DNA of 62,802 nucleotides from a virus (lineage: Duplodnaviria; Caudoviricetes): IMG/VR virus record IMGVR_UViG_3300027833_000047, positions 1 to 62,802 of that record. One strand, given 5' to 3'. Shown piece after piece: positions 51,001-58,583 of the stretch. How positions within the stretch are numbered: position 1 is the stretch's first letter; every line of letters begins with the position of its first letter. A program made the translations under genes and the position numbers. The notes beneath the pieces were generated by a model. It had not been told where the DNA came from. It did no database searches and worked only from the letters and a program-made list of their open reading frames with translations.

Positions 51001-51280
51001 TAACAAACAATTGATTTGATTGTTGTAGATATGATTTAGCTATATAAGCCGCCTCATACTTAGGTATCTGAGTATTTACGAATTTAGTTGGATTTGTACC
51101 ACCAAAATAGGATTGGAACTCATCGTAATTAGTTATGAAAATCGGCTCGAACGCTGGTCCCGAAATTGTTTCACCTACTAACCCAAGAGTTGTGACTCCT
51201 ACACTTTGTGCTACAAAACTTAAATCTCTTTCTGATGTATAAACTCCCGGAGATACAAATACTTTGTTAGATGTTGCCAT
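48098..51280 (-). CDS. gp18: Contractile tail sheath protein (T4 gp18-like, 1060 aa)
   Basis: FVSPGVYTSERDLS N-terminus, PWFASAGYTRG, LYQGRLNPI, WGNKTLQ..SALDRINVRRLL and YLKPTRALEFI. Confidence 0.96.
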   Translation of the reverse strand: MATSNKVFVSPGVYTSERDLSFVAQSVGVTTLGLVGETISGPAFEPIFITNYDEFQSYFGGTNPTKFVNTQIPKYEAAYIAKSYLQQSNQLFVTRVLGLSGYDAGPSWSITTIGNLDSSGTTATGESGPFNIIFTGVSGTSTSVAVTNYSSLPASIQGVITNPYTTYTGGESSILSDMEGYFYSEIVNNTTSGQTSYFWGAVSSTTYSDITTSTPNYVGNVNVLGVEDVQFESIDLTASVNDPWYYALFTENNDVYNGTGFGFGVTTMTNSGLSFTGSAQVYVTTYTGTPYNDYHDVVVATLRSRGIDTYTTDDGPVYEVSGTTDALIDCSGAYSGISTNPFDTFAVSAKTSDGDIFTFQTSFNISNSNYLSKVFGKSNFAKPKSEVPLFVEEEYYNLLNTGYRLGRVRGLNCDFVELPSARQDLGTNTSIGWYLEQYQTPETPYFVSELRGNQVYNMFKVLTISDGNSANREIKVSIMNISFNNGTFDVVVRDFFDTDANPVVLEKFTNCTMDMNQNSFVAKRIGTSNGEFELRSRFIMLEMNEDAPFDSLPCGFRGYQTRQFSGVKSPFLEYKTKYDTPGEVIWNPPFGAASGTDNETRSSGDRVRRTFLGVSNTAGIDADFLSYKGKQNPTNLATATDSQPWSYLTKGYHMDSGATVISISSNYTTSGETAFEVGDASFDSEPTEGSPYFRLNSRKFTVVPSGGFDGWDIYRQYRTNGDRYQLGAAGFRKGAAPSISYPTATGWGAFKQIVGPDKLTWANTDYYAYLWGQYTFNNPEAVNINVFTTPGIDYVNNSNLVESAIDMVEQDRADSIYICTTPDYQMFTPSLGSFDTDFIYPEEAVDNLTDTGIDSNYTATYYPWILTRDTVNNTQIYLPPTGEVIRNLALTDNIAFPWFASAGYTRGLVNSVKARKKLTQEDRDTLYQGRLNPIATFSDVGTVIWGNKTLQIKESALDRINVRRLLLQARKLISAVAVRLLFEQNDEQVRQEFLDSVNPILDSIRRDRGLIDFRVTVSGTPEDLDSNTLTGKIYLKPTRALEFIDIEFLITPTGASFEDI

Positions 51281-51312
51281 TGTGTAATTTTTTTCTTAAG
51301 TTTTTATTTATT

Positions 51313-51320
51313 GATAAATA
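51313..51320 (-). promoter_or_regulatory. TATTTATC putative late-promoter motif for the sheath gene
   Basis: 32 nt upstream of the sheath ATG; a divergent TATTTATA lies on the + strand at 51358-51365. Confidence 0.6.
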
Positions 51321-51414
51321 TTAGTAAAAAGATGAAAAAACTAATAAGCTAAGAGTATATTTATAAAGAGTATGAAAAAGTTCTACCTTTTTTCTACATT
51401 TAAAAAAAACACCT

Positions 51415-51564
51415 ATGGCTAAAATAAAAAACATAAAAATTTCACCTGAGTCACATATGACTTTAAAAATATACTGCGAAAAACACGGTTTAAAGATATA
51501 TAAGTTCTTAGAAAAATTAATTGAGGATAATTGTAAAGAATCAAGAGATATCTACGGAGAGTAA
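51415..51564 (+). CDS. Small ribbon-helix-helix-like DNA-binding protein, 49 aa (not in the ORF track)
   Basis: MAKIKNIKISPESHMTLKIYCEKHGLKIYKFLEKLIEDNCKESRDIYGE*: beta strand, helix, G-turn, helix. Its stop abuts the stop of the convergent gene. Confidence 0.7.
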   Translation: MAKIKNIKISPESHMTLKIYCEKHGLKIYKFLEKLIEDNCKESRDIYGE

Positions 51565-52605
51565 TTAAAGAAGTCTCGCTTTAGATTTTAATACAGACTG
51601 TTTAGTTATATCCCCCTTAACGACATCAATTTTGATTTCATCGTTAGTGGATACTTTTATAGTTGAAACATCATCACCAATATAGTTACCGTTAATGTAA
51701 ACCGAATAACTGTCTACATTAGTGGATTCTAAAATTGTTAAATCAATTTCATATCTATAAGTCTCAGTTAAAGATTCTATACCACTAACAAAAATTATGT
51801 CTAAATCAAAATCACTTGGGTTTGAAGGATATTTTTCAACTCTCCTACCTGTGTTAAGAGTATCGACTTCAAATATAGTCGCGGTTCTTGATATTGCTGG
51901 AGACACTTCAAACTCTTCTTCATCTAATAAAAATCCCATCATTAAGAATTCATAACTTTGTACATAGTACTTTCTTTTTTCAAGTTCTAAAACCGATTCA
52001 TCAGATGAACTATTTAAAATCATTGGTATGTAATGACCTTTTATTTCCGTATATGCTTGTCGAGATGAAAATTTTTGTAAGACTTTCTTATTAAAGTCAT
52101 TTAGTTCCCTCATTCTATTGCAAAATATTTTAACATTATAAGTAATATCCACAGGAACAGGTTGAGGTATTTTATAAATGTCCATACCTTTTCTTTGTCC
52201 ATCCCACGTTGGTACTTTGGCGTAATAAAATTGTCTTCGATTTGGAATGGTGTATTGTAATGACGGATTCGTCCCAAACTTTACATCAGGGTTTCTAACT
52301 GTGGCAACAAACGGAGGTTTAATGTTTTTATCTAAATCTTGAAAATTCCAAGACTCTGTAAATTGTGCCCAATTTTGTGTCGTAATTATTAAATCGATAT
52401 TACTTACATTCTTACCGTTTATTGAAATACCTAACTCATCTCTAACGAAGTCTAACATACCTCTATCTAAATCGGCATGTAAAATAGACTTAGGTAAGTA
52501 AGTTCCGTCCACTTCAATTTGTTCCAATAACTCCTCTCTTCTTTTAAGTAGAGTCTTATTAAGAGTTAAAGGTAAATGTTTTTTTACGTTTTTAGGTAAT
52601 CCCAT
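51565..52605 (-). CDS. Tail terminator / sheath stabiliser (T4 gp15-like)
   Basis: PQPVPVDITYNVKIF...ELNDFNKKVLQKF; located upstream of the sheath gene. Confidence 0.6.
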   Translation of the reverse strand: MGLPKNVKKHLPLTLNKTLLKRREELLEQIEVDGTYLPKSILHADLDRGMLDFVRDELGISINGKNVSNIDLIITTQNWAQFTESWNFQDLDKNIKPPFVATVRNPDVKFGTNPSLQYTIPNRRQFYYAKVPTWDGQRKGMDIYKIPQPVPVDITYNVKIFCNRMRELNDFNKKVLQKFSSRQAYTEIKGHYIPMILNSSSDESVLELEKRKYYVQSYEFLMMGFLLDEEEFEVSPAISRTATIFEVDTLNTGRRVEKYPSNPSDFDLDIIFVSGIESLTETYRYEIDLTILESTNVDSYSVYINGNYIGDDVSTIKVSTNDEIKIDVVKGDITKQSVLKSKARLL

Positions 52606-53165
52606 TATTCTTTAATTTCACTGATAAAAAAAACTTTATTTTTTGAGTTAATCATTTCGACCTCATTTGCATCATAAATTGGTTCTTCACTATTTTTTCT
52701 AACAAATGAGTCGTACTTATATGGATTATAGGTTATTACGTTCTCATTTGGTTCATCAGGTAAGTTCTCACATGGAAACGTACAAAAATCCATTAAAGTT
52801 CCAATCACAAATGCGTGTACATTTTTTCTCATCTCATCTCTAACTTTTTTCTTTCCTCCTTGTCTTACCCTAAATTCAACATTTTTTAATTTAACGTAAT
52901 CGGCATACATCACAATCTTATTTTTATATGATACTGAAAATGTGTGTTTATGTAAGTTATAGTATACCATAACCTTTTTACCGACATAATTTACTTCTTG
53001 ATTATCGTTACCACATTTATGACAAATATAAGGGTCATCACCACCATCACTTAAATCCCAAGACCATCCACATTCATCACACACGACTTTTTCGCCCTCA
53101 ATACCCTCACACATATGTGACATACGACTCTTAATTAAATTTATTTCTTTTATTAATTTTTTCAT
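52605..53165 (-). CDS. Hypothetical protein: Zn-ribbon plus YNLH...KNVHA domain (186 aa)
   Basis: CDECG...CHKCG; VYYNLHKHTFSV...RKNVHAFVIG...YNPY. Confidence 0.65.
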   Translation of the reverse strand: MKKLIKEINLIKSRMSHMCEGIEGEKVVCDECGWSWDLSDGGDDPYICHKCGNDNQEVNYVGKKVMVYYNLHKHTFSVSYKNKIVMYADYVKLKNVEFRVRQGGKKKVRDEMRKNVHAFVIGTLMDFCTFPCENLPDEPNENVITYNPYKYDSFVRKNSEEPIYDANEVEMINSKNKVFFISEIKE

Positions 53166-53677
53166 ATTCCTCTAAATTCCCCATCATTGACAGGTGCGGC
53201 AATTATACTTCGGTAAAAGGGCTTATACCCTCCATATGTATGTTTATTATCACTAACAACTCGACCATCGTTTACGACAGAATAATACCTTACTCGGTCC
53301 TCAGTTTCGTAATAACCTAAATAATCACCATAATCGATATCGATGTTTAATTCATCTAACGCATCTTGATATACACCAACTTTTAAGTTTCCAGGCTCCA
53401 TTTGTGATAAATTAGAATTCGCGTAATTTTGATTATCGGGGGATTCGATTGTTACATAACCTTTAAATTCTACGGGCGGTAAAAATTGTATCCCATCCTC
53501 TAAGGACTCACCGTATACATCATCAGTTTTAGTTTTTTGTCGGTCAACTTTGTATAAAACAATAGTGAAATGCATATCACCTTCAAGCCACTCTCGACCC
53601 ATATTTTGTTCCAAACCAAAATCTTCGGACCCGAAAAACTTCTCTAAACGCGTTATTGGTATCTTTCTATTGTTCAT
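53162..53677 (-). CDS. Neck / head-closure protein (T4 gp14-like)
   Basis: LYKVD...DDVYGES..IQFLPPVE; located in the neck region; TATTTATC 5 nt upstream (53683-53690). Confidence 0.55.
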   Translation of the reverse strand: MNNRKIPITRLEKFFGSEDFGLEQNMGREWLEGDMHFTIVLYKVDRQKTKTDDVYGESLEDGIQFLPPVEFKGYVTIESPDNQNYANSNLSQMEPGNLKVGVYQDALDELNIDIDYGDYLGYYETEDRVRYYSVVNDGRVVSDNKHTYGGYKPFYRSIIAAPVNDGEFRGI

Positions 53678-53723
53678 ATATTGATAAATAGTTAGTTTAT
53701 AGTTATATTATAAATATTACATT

Positions 53724-55487
53724 ATGGAAAGTAATAAAGATAAATTATCAAAGATACCTGAAGTTAGGGCGCAACGTACATTAGAGGTGTACGATGGGTT
53801 CAATAACTATATACAATCCATTCAAAAAAAATTCAGAGAACAAAAACATTTTAAATTAACTAGGGCTCAAGCCGACTACATCAATAGTTATCATGAGTTA
53901 GTCCCTAAAATAGCCAGAAAGTGGGTCGAATTAGACAGTTACTTCGGTAAAAAAATGATGGAAGATAAACTTCTAACAAGAGTCCCTGAAAAAGTCTACA
54001 TAGAAAAACTTTTAGTTGAAAAAGATAAGTCCTTTCATATTTGGGGTAAAATCTTTGAGAATGAGAAATTACATTCCTTTTGGTTACCTCGTGTCGCACT
54101 AATTAAATCACAAGAAACCGAAAAAGTTGAAATTGATTATGAAAAGTATTCACATAGACCACCATTAGAACATCAAATTGAATCCATAGAAAAATTGGCT
54201 AGTCATAAAAAATATATTTTAGCTGACGATATGGGATTAGGTAAAACTACCTCAACAGTAATCGCCGCTTTAGAGTCGGGGGTGGAAAGAGTATTAATTG
54301 TTTGTCCAGCATCATTAAAGATTAATTGGAAACGAGAAATTCAAAACTACACTGAGAAATCGATATCGATAGTCGAGGGTAAGAAATGGGAAAGTGCGGA
54401 TTTTGTTATTATTAATTATGACATATTAAAAAACTTTCATGATATCAAAAACAAAGAAGAGTCAATTATATTACAAGAAGGATTCGATTTAGTTGTTGTT
54501 GATGAGGCACATTACATTCAAAATGTTCAGGCTAAAAGAACCAAACTTATTAATGACATTATAAACTCAATAGGTAAGGTTTGGTTGTTAACAGGAACAC
54601 CAATGACATCAAGACCAATAAATTATTATAACTTATTAAATTTAGTTGAGTCACCTGTCGCATACAATTGGATGGCATACGTTATTAGGTATTGTGAAGG
54701 ATATCAATTTAATGTGGGTAACCGTAAAGTATGGAACGTAAATGGTTCATCTAATCTAACAGAGTTAAGAGATAGAACTAAAACTCACGTTCTTAGAAGA
54801 TTAAAACAAGACATATTAGATTTACCAGATAAAATTATTACACCTGTTTACCTTAATTTAAAATCTAAAGAGTATGTTGCTCTAATGGGTGAATATTATG
54901 ATTGGATGGAAGATGATAGGGAAAAGAAATCATTAACGGTACAGTTCTCTATGTTAATGAAAATAAGACAGATAATCGCTGAAAATAAAATTAAAGAAAC
55001 TTGTGAATTAGTTGAGAACATTATCGAACAAGGTAAAAAAGTTATAGTTTTCACTAACTTTACAAATACCTTAAATCAAATTGCCGACCATTTCGGTAAA
55101 AAGGCAGTGAAGTTAGACGGTAAGATGAATAAAATATCAAGACAAAACTCAGTAGACCAATTTCAAGAAAACGATAAAGTAAGGGTGTTTGTAGGTAATC
55201 TTAAAGCTGCGGGTGTTGGAATAACACTAACGGCAGCTGAGGCGGTTATTATGAATGATTTATCTTTTGTCCCTTCGGACCATTCTCAAGCTGAAGACCG
55301 AGCGTATAGGTATGGTCAGAAATCTAACGTTTCAGTATTTTATCCAATATTTGAAAACTCCATTGAAGGAATTATTTACGATATACTCTCACAAAAGAAA
55401 AATGTCTTTGAAACTGTTATGGGGGATAATGAAGGAAGAGGAGACATTATGGAACAAATTATTAATGAAATATCAGTTAGAAGATAA
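53724..55487 (+). CDS. SNF2-family (SMARCAL1/HARP-like) helicase/ATPase
   Basis: LADDMGLGKT, VCPASLKINW, VDEAH, LTGTP, AAGVGITLT and QAEDRAYRYGQ. Confidence 0.92.
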   Translation: MESNKDKLSKIPEVRAQRTLEVYDGFNNYIQSIQKKFREQKHFKLTRAQADYINSYHELVPKIARKWVELDSYFGKKMMEDKLLTRVPEKVYIEKLLVEKDKSFHIWGKIFENEKLHSFWLPRVALIKSQETEKVEIDYEKYSHRPPLEHQIESIEKLASHKKYILADDMGLGKTTSTVIAALESGVERVLIVCPASLKINWKREIQNYTEKSISIVEGKKWESADFVIINYDILKNFHDIKNKEESIILQEGFDLVVVDEAHYIQNVQAKRTKLINDIINSIGKVWLLTGTPMTSRPINYYNLLNLVESPVAYNWMAYVIRYCEGYQFNVGNRKVWNVNGSSNLTELRDRTKTHVLRRLKQDILDLPDKIITPVYLNLKSKEYVALMGEYYDWMEDDREKKSLTVQFSMLMKIRQIIAENKIKETCELVENIIEQGKKVIVFTNFTNTLNQIADHFGKKAVKLDGKMNKISRQNSVDQFQENDKVRVFVGNLKAAGVGITLTAAEAVIMNDLSFVPSDHSQAEDRAYRYGQKSNVSVFYPIFENSIEGIIYDILSQKKNVFETVMGDNEGRGDIMEQIINEISVRR

Positions 55488-55505
55488 AAAATTATAATTA
55501 CCTAT

Positions 55506-55513
55506 TATTTATA
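55506..55513 (+). promoter_or_regulatory. TATTTATA putative late-promoter motif
   Basis: 12 nt upstream of the SOD-fusion ATG; the motif follows the coding strand on + genes. Confidence 0.6.
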
Positions 55514-55525
55514 ATAAAAAAACAA

Positions 55526-57088
55526 ATGGAGTTCAAAAGGTTAAAAGACAAAATCTCATTAATTGAACATAAAATTAATAGTCGAGAAAATTTAACTAAA
55601 GTTAATCCTATTATCTCGCACACTCCCAAACAAATTTTAACAGAAATGAAAAAAATTGGTATAGAAGAATTACCGTACTCTTATTCTGCCTTAGAGAGAT
55701 TTATAGATTCAGAAACTATGGATACTCACTATAATAAACATTATAAAGGATACGTAAAAAAATTAAATGACGCTCTTTCAAGTAGAGTCGATGGAAATAT
55801 TGAATTAGAACAACTAGTAAAAGGTATTTCAAGGTATAATAAAACAATTAGAGATAATGCGGGTGGAGCATTTAACCACGCATTATTTTGGAAAATTATG
55901 TCACCTAAAAAACAAAGAGCTGAAGGTGCGGTATATGAAAAAATAATTAAAGATTTTGGAAGTTTTCCTAAATTTAAAAAAATATTTAGTAATGAGGCCA
56001 TTAAAAATTTTGGCTCAGGATGGACTTGGTTAGTAGTGACTAAGGAAGGTAAATTAAAAGTTATGTCCACCCCTAATCAGGACAACCCATTAATGAATGT
56101 GGTTAAAAATGGAGGTTACCCAATCCTTTGTTTAGATACGTGGGAACACGCATATTATTTAAAATATCGCAACAAAAGAGACGAATATGTTAGAAATTTT
56201 TGGACAATAATTAATTGGGATTATGTTAATGAATTATATCTAAATCAAACCTCTAAAAAATTAACTGAGACTAAGATAGTAAAAAACATCATCTCTGAAG
56301 GGGCGAGTGCGGGTTGTAATAGAAACCAAGTACAAACATATCGAAGATTATTTAATACAAACCCTGAAATCAAAAAACGTTTTATGTATACTATAATGGA
56401 CATTTTAAAAGAAGTGTTTTCGGAATACTGGTATGAAAAAAATAAATACGATAAAGGTCAAATGTCAGGAATTTACGATTATGAACAAAAAGGTCGTTCT
56501 GTTATTAATAAGTTAAATACTAACTACACATCATTTTGTACTTTAGTTAGCGACACTAACCAGTATTTAAGAAAATATGGTATTGATGCAATTAACTTTA
56601 ATGATAAAAACCGTAAAGAGCAACTATCTGAAGTAGATAGACTTAATAAATATTTAGTCGAATTAAGGTACTCTATCTTTAAATCAGACTCTCCAACATT
56701 TAAAACAATTATGACGGGATTAGATAAAACTAACAAATTTGGGGATAAAAGAGAGGTTGATGCGGTAGCAAGTTTAAAAAATATTTTCAATACTAGCGAC
56801 GTTAAAAAAGTTGGTGAACTAGGTGATGTGGATGATATGATTAAAGGTATTGATGCGGTTGTTGAATTACCTGAAGGTACTAAAACAATACAAATTAAAC
56901 CATTTAATAGAATTAATAAACAAGATGGTAAAGTTATTGTTTATGGTACAGGAAACGTCAAACCCTATAAAACTGACTACTTAGTGTTTCATAGTAATAA
57001 ATTAGGTACCGAAGTTTTTGAAAATAAAAACACAAAGATAATTAACGGAAGATACGTTTTTAGTGAGTCATCACAATATAATAATTAA
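55526..57088 (+). CDS. sod: Fe/Mn superoxide dismutase (Mn-type signature) fused to a C-terminal PD-(D/E)xK-like domain
   Basis: LPYSYSALE, HYNKH, GGAFNHALFW, FGSGWTW, NQDNP, DTWEHAYY; C-terminal DDMIKGIDAVV...TIQIK. Confidence 0.88.
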   Translation: MEFKRLKDKISLIEHKINSRENLTKVNPIISHTPKQILTEMKKIGIEELPYSYSALERFIDSETMDTHYNKHYKGYVKKLNDALSSRVDGNIELEQLVKGISRYNKTIRDNAGGAFNHALFWKIMSPKKQRAEGAVYEKIIKDFGSFPKFKKIFSNEAIKNFGSGWTWLVVTKEGKLKVMSTPNQDNPLMNVVKNGGYPILCLDTWEHAYYLKYRNKRDEYVRNFWTIINWDYVNELYLNQTSKKLTETKIVKNIISEGASAGCNRNQVQTYRRLFNTNPEIKKRFMYTIMDILKEVFSEYWYEKNKYDKGQMSGIYDYEQKGRSVINKLNTNYTSFCTLVSDTNQYLRKYGIDAINFNDKNRKEQLSEVDRLNKYLVELRYSIFKSDSPTFKTIMTGLDKTNKFGDKREVDAVASLKNIFNTSDVKKVGELGDVDDMIKGIDAVVELPEGTKTIQIKPFNRINKQDGKVIVYGTGNVKPYKTDYLVFHSNKLGTEVFENKNTKIINGRYVFSESSQYNN

Positions 57089-57107
57089 CGAAATGTAGTT
57101 TTCTTAA

Positions 57108-57115
57108 TATTTATA
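57108..57115 (+). promoter_or_regulatory. TATTTATA putative late-promoter motif
   Basis: 14 nt upstream of the neck gene ATG at 57130. Confidence 0.6.
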
Positions 57116-57129
57116 AAGAAAACACATAT

Positions 57130-58242
57130 ATGTCTGTAATTATTGAACCACAAAGAACAAAACTGTATACTCGTGTAAAACACCTGTTAGGTGCACCAAT
57201 ACGTAGTATCGAAATAGAAGACGAAATGATGGACTCATTATTAGAGTTTTCAATTCAAGACTATGCCCAATATGTAAATGATTGGCTAATTGAATCACAA
57301 TGGACATCTCTTTACGGGTTGAACTTAGATGAAGAATCAGTTACTAGGGCATTTACTACACGTTCCTTAGATTGGGAAACTCAATACACTTATGCCTATT
57401 CCAAGATTGTTGGACTACAAGCAGGTGGAGATTCTGTACTTAAAAAGGACTATATAGATTTAAAAACAAACCAACAAATTTATGAAATACCTGCGGGTAG
57501 AGAGTTAAATGAATTATTATGGTTTACAAGAGCAGAATTAGACGCCGCCTTTTTTGACCCGTTTATGGGTGGATTTGGTGGTATGGGTGGTGTAGGTATG
57601 GGTGGTGGTGCCGGTTTTTCACAAATGGGTCAATCTGGTAACTATATGATAACTCCCGCGTTTGACATTTTACTTAGAATGCAAGATATCAACTTAAAAA
57701 GAAGATTAATTGGTGGTGAATTAACTTATAGGGTAACCGCGTTACCTGAAGGTAAAAAGGCATTACATCTTTATAATGTACCTGGAGGTAAATTTGATTT
57801 TGGTAATATGCAAAACAATGAGTACCGAGTATGGTACTGGTATTACGAAACTGACGATAGAGAAGATTGTTTAGCAAAAAATCCTGATATTATTAGATTA
57901 CCTTCTGATATTCCAATCGATGAGATGTTGTGGGCAGAATTAAATAATCCGGCACAGGCTTGGGTTAGAAAATGGTTCGTAGCCTATGTAAAGGAAACGT
58001 TAGGACGTGTTAGAGGTAAATTTAGTGGTAACTTAAAGACACCCGATTCTGAAGTAACCATGGATTATGATTCACTACTTACTGAAGCTAAAGATGAAAA
58101 AAGTAAATTATTGGAGGAGTTAACCGCAAGATTAGAAAGACTAAGACCCGATAAGATGATGGAGAGAGAAGCTAACTTAGCGGAACAATTAAATAAATCA
58201 TTACAATACAGAGCGTTACCAAGACAAATGTACGTAATTTAA
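57130..58242 (+). CDS. Neck / head-tail adaptor protein (T4 gp13-like)
   Basis: LLGAP...IEIEDEM and WVRKWFVAYVKETLGRVRGKF....P...VTMD...L..EA..EK.KL.EEL. Confidence 0.75.
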   Translation: MSVIIEPQRTKLYTRVKHLLGAPIRSIEIEDEMMDSLLEFSIQDYAQYVNDWLIESQWTSLYGLNLDEESVTRAFTTRSLDWETQYTYAYSKIVGLQAGGDSVLKKDYIDLKTNQQIYEIPAGRELNELLWFTRAELDAAFFDPFMGGFGGMGGVGMGGGAGFSQMGQSGNYMITPAFDILLRMQDINLKRRLIGGELTYRVTALPEGKKALHLYNVPGGKFDFGNMQNNEYRVWYWYYETDDREDCLAKNPDIIRLPSDIPIDEMLWAELNNPAQAWVRKWFVAYVKETLGRVRGKFSGNLKTPDSEVTMDYDSLLTEAKDEKSKLLEELTARLERLRPDKMMEREANLAEQLNKSLQYRALPRQMYVI

Positions 58243-58244
58243 TT

Positions 58245-58583
58245 ATGGGAATAATAAAAACACGACCAATTAAAAAAATTATTAACGGTAAAGAACATAT
58301 TGTTTCTGAAACTATTGTGGTTAATAATGTGTCTTCCTACACCACTAAAGGTGAAGTCTCAATTATTGTAAAAAATAGTAAATCAGAATGTGTAATTTTA
58401 TTAGATGAAACTACTACTCAACATGTTACAATAAAATCTATGTCCGATTCAGTAGTTAAATCAGGCAAACTAATCGATGAACAATATAATGAAATTAAAC
58501 TCGAAAAGTTTGCCTCAGTTGAATTAAGATATATTAATGGTTATTGGTATGTTATGTCTTCTGATGGGCTAAAGAACTCATAA
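58245..58583 (+). CDS. Small beta-rich hypothetical protein (112 aa) resembling fibre C-terminal modules
   Basis: VTIK...IDE....I.L....SVEL....GYWYV pattern; overlaps the polymerase 3' end convergently. Confidence 0.55.
   Translation: MGIIKTRPIKKIINGKEHIVSETIVVNNVSSYTTKGEVSIIVKNSKSECVILLDETTTQHVTIKSMSDSVVKSGKLIDEQYNEIKLEKFASVELRYINGYWYVMSSDGLKNS

Noticed and set aside
51372-51422. 16-codon + strand ORF MKKFYLFSTFKKNTYG
   Set aside because: It is very short and out of frame with the better 49-aa ORF, with no supporting evidence.
20281-53677. Bacterial eCIS, tailocin or T6SS locus
   Set aside because: Neck proteins and interleaved phage replication genes indicate a true phage.
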